In this document: in pieces, positions 7,570 through 15,738 of the stretch
How the letters are laid out: each line of letters begins with the position of its first letter
How positions within the stretch are numbered: position 1 is the stretch's first letter
From: Fibrobacteria bacterium
GTDB lineage: Bacteria > Fibrobacterota > Chitinivibrionia > Chitinivibrionales > FEN-1185
NCBI GenBank assembly: GCA_037447435.1
Contig: JBBIGR010000067.1
Span: 1 to 15,738 of the forward strand
Length of the DNA: 15,738 nucleotides
Direction of reading: 5' to 3'
Translations under genes and position numbers: made by a program
The notes under the pieces: generated by a model
The model's database searches: none
Seen by the model: the letters and a program-made list of their open reading frames with translations, nothing else
What the model was told of the DNA's origin: nothing

Positions 7570-8858
7570 ACAATCTTTTCTTCAAAGCCATCTCGGTTGT
7601 TCCCTCCGCATAAAAACGCGGAAACCAGCAAATAGATTCCAAGTTGATTCCCTAAATCGGATTCCCCTATTCCCGCCAGAAGGAGCACAACTAAAGACCA
7701 AAAGAAACCCGTTTGCAAGTACTGGCATCTGCCGCTACGTTTTGTCTTATAATATTGGTAAAAAGTAAAACCGCAAAAGAGCAAAAACAAAAAAAGGCCA
7801 ATGACTCCGTATTGACATGCCAATTGCAAATAGAGGTTATAATAATTATCGTTTGTTCCAGAGCCAAAAAGCGGGAATTTTAAAAAAGCATGGAACCCAT
7901 TTTGCCAATCTGAAATTCTTGAAAAAAATAAGGAAACAAAGAAGTTTTCTATGCCGGTTTGCCTCAAGTCCATAGTTTTATAGACAATAGTCGCCAAACC
8001 CGTCAATACAATTGCCAGGACAAATAGGGCCCACCACATTTTTATTATTAAGGCTTTTTTTAGTCTGGTGAAAGCAAAGAACATAAGGAAAACAATAATA
8101 GCCGAAATTCCGGTCCGGGATTTGGTGGTAAATAACACGAAAATTGCAGTAATTGTAACTAAAGAAGAACCATAAAATAAAACCTTGTTTTTTATTAGGG
8201 TAATTCCGAGCGCGACAATCGGAATTACCCCGCACAAATATAGTGCAAGAACTTCAGAATTTGTAAATACCGACTTTGGTTCCCATTGCCAATCCTGAAA
8301 ACCAAATCCATGGCTGAAAAAATCGGAAATTCCCCAAATTGAAACAATGAATGTAGTAACCGTGATTGAAACGTAGTAGGTTTTTAATTGAATGAGAGTG
8401 GCGTTTTTTATTACAAGTACTACGAGGCTACCGATCAGGAAAACTCTTATAAGACGTATCTCGTCATTGAAACTATTGCCCATAAAAATGTGAATACATA
8501 GTATAACGCACAGGGTCAGTACCAAGAAAAAAAATAAAATTGTCGCAAAATCCGATTTTAGTATTGAAAAACGGGGTTTGTTTTTGATGAGAAGGCAACC
8601 TATATACAATAGAGATACAACCTCAAAAGTATAAACGTAATAATTTGAATGTAATGCGGTTACATTTACAAGAGGGCCGACGGCCAGTAAAATAAAAAAC
8701 GGTTTATCATTTGTTCGGAACGTAAAAAATAAACCGAGAACCAGTATAACAATTGGAGCAAAAAGAATTAATTCCGTAGATTTTATTATTGCCTGTAGAC
8801 AAAGAAAAAATGCCAAAACAGGCAATAAATGAGAGGTGAATTTGAAAGGATTAGGCAT
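7566..8858 (-). CDS. O-antigen ligase / polysaccharide polymerase family membrane protein (Wzy_C/WaaL-like)
   Basis: Many TM segments. Motifs SVFTNSEVLALYL, TTKSRTG, RISDWQNGFHAFLKFPLFGSG and YNLYLQLACQYGVIG. Likely start is the ATG at 8858 (8 nt overlap with the upstream stop) rather than 8942. Confidence 0.8.
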   Translation of the reverse strand: MPNPFKFTSHLLPVLAFFLCLQAIIKSTELILFAPIVILVLGLFFTFRTNDKPFFILLAVGPLVNVTALHSNYYVYTFEVVSLLYIGCLLIKNKPRFSILKSDFATILFFFLVLTLCVILCIHIFMGNSFNDEIRLIRVFLIGSLVVLVIKNATLIQLKTYYVSITVTTFIVSIWGISDFFSHGFGFQDWQWEPKSVFTNSEVLALYLCGVIPIVALGITLIKNKVLFYGSSLVTITAIFVLFTTKSRTGISAIIVFLMFFAFTRLKKALIIKMWWALFVLAIVLTGLATIVYKTMDLRQTGIENFFVSLFFSRISDWQNGFHAFLKFPLFGSGTNDNYYNLYLQLACQYGVIGLFLFLLFCGFTFYQYYKTKRSGRCQYLQTGFFWSLVVLLLAGIGESDLGNQLGIYLLVSAFLCGGNNRDGFEEKIV

Positions 8859-9222
8859 CTGTTTTCGTTTTAACTTCCCGTTTCTTTTCCCAGGGTATCC
8901 AAGGAAATTTAACAAATATAAAAATACCGGATAAACCGGCAATTACATCCTTAACCATATCGAATCCCGGAGATACGATATAGTCTGTTTTAGATTTTGC
9001 AAAAATATCAGCCAGTTCTTTTAAAACAATTAAAATACATATGAGCAGTACTCGTTTTTTAACAGATAATAATTTTGATAAAAAAAGCATTAATGAATAG
9101 GCCACGATAAAATGAAATACCCAATCCAAAGGGAAGCCATGAATATTCATGTCGCCGAAAAAATCCATGCCATCACGAACCAATCGTAACACGTTAAATA
9201 ACTCGGCTAATAGGGCGTGCAA
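8851..9222 (-). CDS. Small integral membrane protein, VanZ/YfiM-like
   Basis: 123 aa with about three hydrophobic segments and the pattern DWVFHF...KELAD...DMVKDVIAGLSG. TTG start with GAGG upstream; internal ATGs are alternative starts. Confidence 0.55.
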   Translation of the reverse strand: MHALLAELFNVLRLVRDGMDFFGDMNIHGFPLDWVFHFIVAYSLMLFLSKLLSVKKRVLLICILIVLKELADIFAKSKTDYIVSPGFDMVKDVIAGLSGIFIFVKFPWIPWEKKREVKTKTDA

Positions 9223-9255
9223 AGTGCCTCTTTTTGTGGATGTTTATGAAGTTCA

Positions 9256-10407
9256 CTATTTTCGATCAGAAGGCTGCCAAACGATAATCCGTTCTCCTCT
9301 GAGGAATTTAAGCCATGCAATGGCAATTGCCAAATTGACAGAAACGAAAAAATGAGGAAGCTTTATGAAAATTGGATTTTCGCGAGTTCTAAGTAAAAAT
9401 GGTATTGCCGCAACACAATAAAAAATTATTTGCGAGCAGAACAGGCAAAGAAAAAAAGCGCTTTTTTGTACGAGTATTGCATTAGAAATAAGGGCGACAA
9501 CAAGAAAAAACGGAACAAGCCATTTAAACAGTTTGTGTGATACGTATTGTATGGAAAAAAGTTTGTAGGTAAAAAAATTGCAGAATTCAAGGCTGTTGAA
9601 AAAAACAGTCAAACCCCTGACGACGGTACGAATTTTTCTTGAAAACTCTTTGGACGTGTCGTCAACGGCTTTATAACATCCGATTGCCTCAGGATCGACA
9701 ATTCCCCGCATTCCGGCTTTTCTACTATTGAGCAATGTGCGAAAATCACTGTCCATGTTTTTTGAAAAATCCCTGCAAACTTCTTTACGGGCCGCAAAAA
9801 AAGATCCGCTGAGTCCGACAACGGTATTTACCTTTGATTCAAGTTCACGTATCCACATTTCATAGCGGACATACGCACCTTCGCCGCCGCCTGCCCCGTT
9901 TTCGTCTTCAGAAATTACCTTGTCCATTCCGCTAACGCATCCGATTGATTTGTCGGCAAAATTATCGACAATAGTGCCGACGGCATTCGTTTCGAGGAGG
10001 GTTGAAACGTCGGTAAAGACAATAATTTCGCCTTTTGCCTTTTGCAAGGCCTCACTCTGGGCATTCTCTTTCCCTTTTCTGTCTTTAACAATAAGCAAAT
10101 CAATACCGGTTTCAGAAAATTCCCGCACTATTGAATTTGTTCGGTCTGTCGACCCGTCGGAGGCAACGATGATTTGTAAAAGTTCCTTGGGATAATCAAC
10201 CGCAAGCGTGTTTTCGAGTTTTAAACGGATACGCATTTCTTCGTTATATGCCGTTATAATAATTGAGACGAACGGACGATAATTATTCTTAAGCAAGGGG
10301 TGCTTAAGGGAAAAGGACAAACAAAATAAAAACAGTGGATAACCCGCGTAGGCATAAAAAACCCCAAAAAGTGACAACACTAGAATTACTACCGAGGTAC
10401 CCTGCAT
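9256..10407 (-). CDS. Glycosyltransferase family 2 (CESA-like, membrane-associated)
   Basis: N-terminal TM (YAYAGYP), VSIIITAYNEE, ASDGSTDRT, RKGKENA, IVFTDV, YVRYEMWIRELES, GLSGSFFAARK, EFSRKIRT, SHKLFKWLVP and C-terminal TM helices. Confidence 0.93.
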   Translation of the reverse strand: MQGTSVVILVLSLFGVFYAYAGYPLFLFCLSFSLKHPLLKNNYRPFVSIIITAYNEEMRIRLKLENTLAVDYPKELLQIIVASDGSTDRTNSIVREFSETGIDLLIVKDRKGKENAQSEALQKAKGEIIVFTDVSTLLETNAVGTIVDNFADKSIGCVSGMDKVISEDENGAGGGEGAYVRYEMWIRELESKVNTVVGLSGSFFAARKEVCRDFSKNMDSDFRTLLNSRKAGMRGIVDPEAIGCYKAVDDTSKEFSRKIRTVVRGLTVFFNSLEFCNFFTYKLFSIQYVSHKLFKWLVPFFLVVALISNAILVQKSAFFLCLFCSQIIFYCVAAIPFLLRTRENPIFIKLPHFFVSVNLAIAIAWLKFLRGERIIVWQPSDRK

Positions 10408-10440
10408 TTGCTCTTAACCCTTTCGACAACAGTATCGATT

Positions 10441-11676
10441 TTATGTGCGGCGTTTTAGCTGATCACTTTGAACATCGGAATAAATTGAAAGTAATTGTGG
10501 TCCGATAACATCCCAGCCGTATTTTTTTTCAACAGTGGCTCTTCCGGTTTTGCCGAGTCGTTTTCTTGATTCGGAATTTGTCAGCAGCATTACAACCTTT
10601 TGGGCGAATGATTCTTCATTGTCGGCAATCAATAGATCTTTGCCGTCAATTAAGTCCAGGCCTTCAACGCCAATTGAAGTACTTACCACGGCCTTACCCA
10701 TTGCCAATGCGTCGAGAATTTTTAGTCTGGTTCCGCCGCCAACACGGAGGGGTACGATTTGAACTGCAGCGCGTGAATAATAAACGCGGATATCCGGCAC
10801 AAAACCTATTACGTCAACAGGCAAGCCTTTTTCTTTGAAGCCGTTAAACTCTCTGGGCGGGTCCTGGCCGATAATTTGCAATCTTGCTTGCGGGCAAGTT
10901 TTGACAACAAGGGGAAGAATTTTGGTGCAAAAATAGACCATCGCATCTTTGTTAGGGTACCAGTTTAATCCGCCGGCAAAAATCATAATTGGTTCTTGAA
11001 CAGAGTCTGATTCTGAAAAATATTCAGTATCCGTACCATTGGGCACAATGCTGAATTTTGCATGCGGACATAATTGTTCAAACCCTAATTTATCTATTTC
11101 CGACACCGTAAGATTGGTATCGAATTTTTGGACCATTTTCTTTTCATACTTTTCCAGTCGATGCGCTTGCATGCGCGCATACAATGAGGTCAATGGACTT
11201 TTTGCATTGGCTGCCCGCCGTAGGAGTAAAGCGGATTCTATGTTGTGATGGTTTAAGACCTTTGGGATCGAAATGGTGGGCGAAATATATTGCGCAAGAT
11301 CAATAGTGTCCACATGAATAATGTCGATGGCATTTTTATGCAATATCGAATTTATTTCCGCGAGCATTGCTTTTGAATAAAAACGTTTTACCGAATAAGG
11401 GAGCGCCGAAAATAAATTGCAAAGGAGTAAAAAATACCATTGCAAAGGACTTGCGTCAGACGGAATCGGGAAAACTTTTATTGTTTTGCAAAAGGGTGAC
11501 ACATGTTTGATGGAATCGTTCAGTTTGGTTTCGTCGGGCAAAAGCGCCTTTTGAGTTAGACAGACCAAATGTACGTCGTATCGCTGTGAGATTTCTTTGA
11601 GCAAATTATAGTTTCTTTGTAAAGCACCCGACGTTGGAGGATACGGAACAAAATGCATTAAAAGCAATATTTTCAT
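10441..11676 (-). CDS. Glycosyltransferase family 4 (GT-B), resembling EPS/PEP-CTERM-associated sugar transferases
   Basis: MKILLL...VPYPPTSG, HHNIES, VPNGTDTEYF, FAGGLNWYPNKDA, VPLRVGGGTRLKILDALAMGKAVVSTSIGVEGL, KYGW. Confidence 0.93.
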   Translation of the reverse strand: MKILLLMHFVPYPPTSGALQRNYNLLKEISQRYDVHLVCLTQKALLPDETKLNDSIKHVSPFCKTIKVFPIPSDASPLQWYFLLLCNLFSALPYSVKRFYSKAMLAEINSILHKNAIDIIHVDTIDLAQYISPTISIPKVLNHHNIESALLLRRAANAKSPLTSLYARMQAHRLEKYEKKMVQKFDTNLTVSEIDKLGFEQLCPHAKFSIVPNGTDTEYFSESDSVQEPIMIFAGGLNWYPNKDAMVYFCTKILPLVVKTCPQARLQIIGQDPPREFNGFKEKGLPVDVIGFVPDIRVYYSRAAVQIVPLRVGGGTRLKILDALAMGKAVVSTSIGVEGLDLIDGKDLLIADNEESFAQKVVMLLTNSESRKRLGKTGRATVEKKYGWDVIGPQLLSIYSDVQSDQLKRRT

Positions 11677-11728
11677 TTCAAATCCAAAGCCATTTCGGTT
11701 AATTAAATCGGGATCGACGGCAGGGGCG

Positions 11729-14700
11729 TTACTTGTTTTGTTTTTTTAAAATCGCACCTAATTTTTTTGCAACATCAATTTTTTCGACCATTGTTTCATG
11801 GCCGCAATCAAAATCGAAAAATTCCATTCCGCCTAATGCTACTTTTTTCCATCCGCGATACGGATCATTACAATCCATATTTCCGGCTGCTCGAAAAAAC
11901 GTAATAGCCCCTTTGTAAGGCATAGGTTGATAATTTACAGCCAACGAGATGTTTTTTTGTTCTACAAGCCAATAGCGCAATTCATGGGGAATCGGCGATT
12001 TTGCGATACGGAATAATGAGCATTGCAAATTCTTGGTCAAGTCTCTTATTCGGCACCAAACACTGTGTTGCACCTTACCGATAAAAGATCGTGTATTGTT
12101 GGAAGGCAAAGATTTTTCGGGTCTCGGAAGTTGGGGATGTTCTAACCCTTTTAAGCAAACACTGTCGAACATAATCAGTTGCAATATTTCTTCATTCTCT
12201 TTTGCAAGAATTTGTGCCATTTCAAATGCCACAAGACCGCCCATTGATCCTCCGCCAAGGATGTAGGGCCCGTGCGGTTGGACTTGTCGTAATTCTCTCA
12301 TGTAATTTTCGGCCATCTCGAACACCGAATTAAATGGAGTGGCAATGCCGTCAAGTCCACGGCATTGCAATCCGTAGAGCGGCTGTTCGGAGTCCATATG
12401 TTGCGTCAATTGATAATAGTTTAGTACGTTGCCGCCGACCCCGTGGACGCAAAAAAAAGGGACAAGCTTTCCATGCGGCTTAATAGGAACCAGATACTTC
12501 CACGGGTTTTTATTTTCTCCGTGTTTTTCCGACGGTCCGGAGATGTGGCTCGACATTTGCGCTGCATTGTTGCCGTCAAGTAAGACGCAAAGTTCCCGGA
12601 CAGTCGGCGCTTTAAAAAGAGTTGCTAATGGAAGATTTAAGCCGGTCGCTTTCTGAATTTCCGAAAACATTTGAACTGCAAGAAGCGAATGGCCACCCAA
12701 ATCAAAAAAATTATCACATACCCCGATGGGCTCTATCCCTAAAAGTTTTTGCCATATTTCGGTCAATTGCTTTTCGGGATCTGTAACCGGTGCGATATAT
12801 TCGTATGACAAAAGAGGTCGCGGATGGACGCTCTGTTTCCGCTCTTTTGGTTCAACCGGAAGAGCTGCGTCTTCGGCACGAAGTGAATTAAACTTCGATT
12901 CTTGTCCGGCACCTTGAATAAAATGTTTGGAAGGTTCGACCCAAAAACGCTGACGCTCGAACGGATAGGTGGGAAGAGCAACACGAAACCGTTGCTCCCC
13001 TTCATATGCTTTGCGGACATTAACAGGGGTTCCCAAACACCATAACCGCCCGATGGCGCTCATAAACATTTCCTGGTCCGGACGCGATTGCTTGCTATGA
13101 GAAACTGTTTGCACGGTATCCAATATTGCAGGATGAGCCGTTTGAAGGTTTACAAGAGAACAAAGCGTATTGCCGGGACCGATTTCAACAAATATTGCAT
13201 TGGGGAATTGCGCCAAGATCTGGGATATTCCTATGGAGAATTGCACGGGTTTTCGAATATGTGAGGCCCAATAGCCGGGATCGCAGGCCTGTTCGTTGGA
13301 AATCCAGGTTCCGGTCACGTTTGAAATAAATGGAGTAGTAACCTGCTTGCGTGGAATCGAAGCAATGATCCGCTCGAACGGTTCGCAAGCTTTGTCCATG
13401 GATGCCGTATGAAATGCGTGCGAGGTTTCCAATTTTCGAAACATAATTTCGTTCGCGGCCAATATTTTCTCAAGGTTGATAATTTCGGGCTGTGGTCCGC
13501 CGACGACGCATAATTGCGGGCCGTTGATTAATGCTATTTCGAGATTTTTTTCAAGAAAGGGCTGCACACGTTCGGGTGATGCGGAAACCGAAAGCATGAT
13601 TCCTGGTGGCTGTTGTTGCATTATTTTCCCGCGCTCTGCGATCAATTTTAAAACATCGTCCAGGTTGAAAACACCTGAAAGGCAGGCTGCGACGTATTCG
13701 CCAAGGCTATGGCCGATCATGCACGATGGACGAATCCCCCAGCTTAAAAATAGGTTGGCGAGGCTATACTCGAGGGCAAAAAGTGCTGGTTGTGTATAAC
13801 GGGTTTGCGTTAACAAATTAGAAAGAAAGACGGAATCGGTTTTTGAAGGAAAAAGTAACGCTTTTAAATCGATGTCCAGTAAAGGTGAAAGCACGGAGCA
13901 GCAATAGTCGAATTTTTCACGAAATAATGGTTGGTTGTCATAAAGGTTCCGGCACATGTTTGCATACTGGGAACCCTGTCCCGAAAACATGAAAACAACG
14001 GGTCTCGGCCCACCGGACGATTCGCCGGTAAAAATCTTGTTCAAATCGAAGGATTGGATTGCCTGGCATGCCTCGCCGGAATTTTTACATATGATAGCAC
14101 GACGGTGAGGGAACCATTTTCTCCCCGTTTGCAGCGTAAAGGCCACATCCGAGAGATCGATAGGCGCTTCTTGCTGTAAAAAAACGGAAAGGTTTTCGGT
14201 TGCGGCTTCCAACGCATTTCCGGTTCGCGCGGAGACAAGAAGCAAATGGACATCCTGCTGTGAGGGTATAGATGTGATTTTAGGCGGTTCTTCCAAGACT
14301 GCATGGGCGTTGGTACCGCCGATGCCGAAAGAACTGACGCCGGCCATGCGCGGCAATGATTTTGTTTCCCACAAAGAAAGTGTGGTGTTGACATAAAAAG
14401 GGGTTTTATCAAGATTAAGCTTGGGGTTTGGTTCCTTAAAATGAAGCGTTGGAGGAATGAGGTGATGTTTGAGCGCTAGTGCGGTTTTTATTATTCCTGC
14501 GACCCCTGCAGCTGCATCAAGATGTCCTATATTGGTTTTAACCGAGCCTAATGCGCAATATTTTTCCCGATTATCGGTGCTGTGAAAGGCTTTTGCCAAT
14601 CCCGCAATTTCGATCGGATCGCCAAGCGGTGTCGCTGTTCCATGCGCTTCGACATATGAAATATTTTGCGGCGTGACACCGGCAAGTGCTTGGGCCAACG

Positions 14701-15601
14701 CAATGACATTGGCTTGGCCTTCAACGCTCGGGGCAGTGAAACCGACTTTTGCATTACCGTCGTTATTGATAGCAGATCCTTTAATAACCGCATATATAGT
14801 GTCACGGTCATGCACCGCCTCCTCAAGTCTTTTTAGCACGATGATCCCTAATCCTTCGCTCCAAACTGTACCGTTCGCGCCGACATCAAAGGCCTTGCAT
14901 CGGCCTTCGGGTGAAAGAATATGGCCTTCTTTGTAAAGATACCCCGTTCCGGCAGGAATTTTTAATGAGACCGCCCCGGCCAGGGCCATATCGCATTGGT
15001 ATGACAAAAGCCCTTGACATGCCGTATGAACCGCGACAAGCGATGTCGAACATGCGGTAAGCAAAGTCAAACTTGGGCCCTTGAGATTGAGTTTATAGGA
15101 TATCCGGGATGATAAAAAATCGTTAGCGTTTCCAATCAAAGTTTGATAATCACCGATGGTTTTTAATAATTCCGGATTGGAAATAAGGTTATTGATCAGG
15201 TATTGGTTCATGCCATTGCCGGCATAAACACCAATAAGATGTTCGTATCGTTCCGGGTCGTATCCGGCATCTTCGATCGCTTCCCAAGCGCATTCCAAAA
15301 GCAGGCGATGTTGGGGGTCCATTATTTCAGCTTCGCGCGGATTGACGCCAAAAAAAGCCGCATCGAATAAATCGATACCGGGAATTGATCCGGAGCGCTT
15401 GACATAGTGAGGGTTTTTTATGAGCGAATCGTCTACTCCCGCATCGCGCAATTCCTGATCGTTGAAATCGGTAATTGATTCAACTCCGGCACAAATGTTT
15501 TTCCAAAATTGGCGAACGTTTGGTGCACCCGGAAATCTTCCGGCCATGCCGATAATGGCTATACCTTCGAGGGAATGATCAGAGTTGTTGAGTTCCGGCA
15601 C
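11729..15601 (-). CDS. Stand-alone single-module type I polyketide synthase: KS-AT-carrier(PCP-like)-thioesterase
   Basis: KS: IAIIGMAGRFPGA, MDPQHR, TACSTS (Cys 15050-15052), EAHGTAT, KTNIGHL, VSSFGIGGTNAH. AT: FSGQGSQ, GHSLGE (Ser 13706-13708), HAFH (13409-13420), LPTYPFERQRFW. Carrier: DNFFDLGGHSLL (Ser 12686-12688). TE: FCVHGVGG, GGSMGG (Ser 12245-12247), CGHETM. The GTG at 15601 has AAGGGA 7 nt upstream; the track's TTG at 15628 is an alternative start. Confidence 0.95.
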   Translation of the reverse strand: MPELNNSDHSLEGIAIIGMAGRFPGAPNVRQFWKNICAGVESITDFNDQELRDAGVDDSLIKNPHYVKRSGSIPGIDLFDAAFFGVNPREAEIMDPQHRLLLECAWEAIEDAGYDPERYEHLIGVYAGNGMNQYLINNLISNPELLKTIGDYQTLIGNANDFLSSRISYKLNLKGPSLTLLTACSTSLVAVHTACQGLLSYQCDMALAGAVSLKIPAGTGYLYKEGHILSPEGRCKAFDVGANGTVWSEGLGIIVLKRLEEAVHDRDTIYAVIKGSAINNDGNAKVGFTAPSVEGQANVIALAQALAGVTPQNISYVEAHGTATPLGDPIEIAGLAKAFHSTDNREKYCALGSVKTNIGHLDAAAGVAGIIKTALALKHHLIPPTLHFKEPNPKLNLDKTPFYVNTTLSLWETKSLPRMAGVSSFGIGGTNAHAVLEEPPKITSIPSQQDVHLLLVSARTGNALEAATENLSVFLQQEAPIDLSDVAFTLQTGRKWFPHRRAIICKNSGEACQAIQSFDLNKIFTGESSGGPRPVVFMFSGQGSQYANMCRNLYDNQPLFREKFDYCCSVLSPLLDIDLKALLFPSKTDSVFLSNLLTQTRYTQPALFALEYSLANLFLSWGIRPSCMIGHSLGEYVAACLSGVFNLDDVLKLIAERGKIMQQQPPGIMLSVSASPERVQPFLEKNLEIALINGPQLCVVGGPQPEIINLEKILAANEIMFRKLETSHAFHTASMDKACEPFERIIASIPRKQVTTPFISNVTGTWISNEQACDPGYWASHIRKPVQFSIGISQILAQFPNAIFVEIGPGNTLCSLVNLQTAHPAILDTVQTVSHSKQSRPDQEMFMSAIGRLWCLGTPVNVRKAYEGEQRFRVALPTYPFERQRFWVEPSKHFIQGAGQESKFNSLRAEDAALPVEPKERKQSVHPRPLLSYEYIAPVTDPEKQLTEIWQKLLGIEPIGVCDNFFDLGGHSLLAVQMFSEIQKATGLNLPLATLFKAPTVRELCVLLDGNNAAQMSSHISGPSEKHGENKNPWKYLVPIKPHGKLVPFFCVHGVGGNVLNYYQLTQHMDSEQPLYGLQCRGLDGIATPFNSVFEMAENYMRELRQVQPHGPYILGGGSMGGLVAFEMAQILAKENEEILQLIMFDSVCLKGLEHPQLPRPEKSLPSNNTRSFIGKVQHSVWCRIRDLTKNLQCSLFRIAKSPIPHELRYWLVEQKNISLAVNYQPMPYKGAITFFRAAGNMDCNDPYRGWKKVALGGMEFFDFDCGHETMVEKIDVAKKLGAILKKQNK

Positions 15602-15738
15602 CGCATTATCCCTTGTTTTTAATTGCAAATATCAAAATGGAAAGTACATTAGACGACACCCACAACATAAAATATATATAGTATCAGCCGCATCGCGTGA
15701 TTTAATGGGTAACCCCAATATATTGTGTTTTAGTATTT

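Noticed and set aside
8859..8942. N-terminal extension of the 458 aa ORF
   Set aside because: It would overlap the upstream membrane-protein gene by 92 nt; the ATG at 8858 gives a normal short overlap.
3972..10838. Short alternative-frame and antisense ORFs inside the secreted-protein, Wzy and GT genes (e.g. 6315-6602, 6364-6720, 7978-8235, 9920-10195)
   Set aside because: They lie wholly or mostly within well-supported genes, have no motifs, and the host frames are uninterrupted, so there is no sign of frameshifts.
11733..14936. Short ORFs nested in the PKS (e.g. 13476-13799, 14041-14412, 14548-14826)
   Set aside because: Shadow ORFs expected in a long, higher-GC gene; all PKS motifs are in one frame.
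15629..15738. Near-palindrome GGGTAACCC and a TGATACTAT extended -10-like element upstream of the PKS
   Set aside because: Short, imperfect, in AT-rich sequence and at the window edge; not distinguishable from chance.
1..15738. CRISPR arrays, tRNA/rRNA, IS elements, intrinsic terminators, ops/JUMPstart element
   Set aside because: By eye I found no spaced direct repeats, transposase, strong GC hairpin with U-tract or GGCGGTAG element; intergenic gaps are all under 200 nt.

Overview
All credible genes in this 15.7 kb window lie on the minus strand and look like part of a surface polysaccharide/EPS locus. In transcription order: a stand-alone single-module type I PKS (KS-AT-carrier-TE, no reductive domains), a GT4 and a GT2 glycosyltransferase, a small VanZ/YfiM-like membrane protein, an O-antigen ligase/polymerase-like (Wzy_C/WaaL) protein, four secreted proteins (two right-handed beta-helix proteins, a near stand-alone FlgD-Ig/CTD protein, a PKD plus jelly-roll protein), an AlgI/DltB-type MBOAT ending in the tyrosine motif FLYFQF, and a membrane-anchored SGNH-type protein that runs off the left edge and is missing from the ORF track. 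The most interesting reading, which is inference, is a system in which a PKS-made acyl group is passed through an MBOAT/Tyr-motif/SGNH relay onto a glycan. Several sigma70-like promoters sit inside the left half. I saw no rRNA, tRNA, CRISPR array or mobile element.
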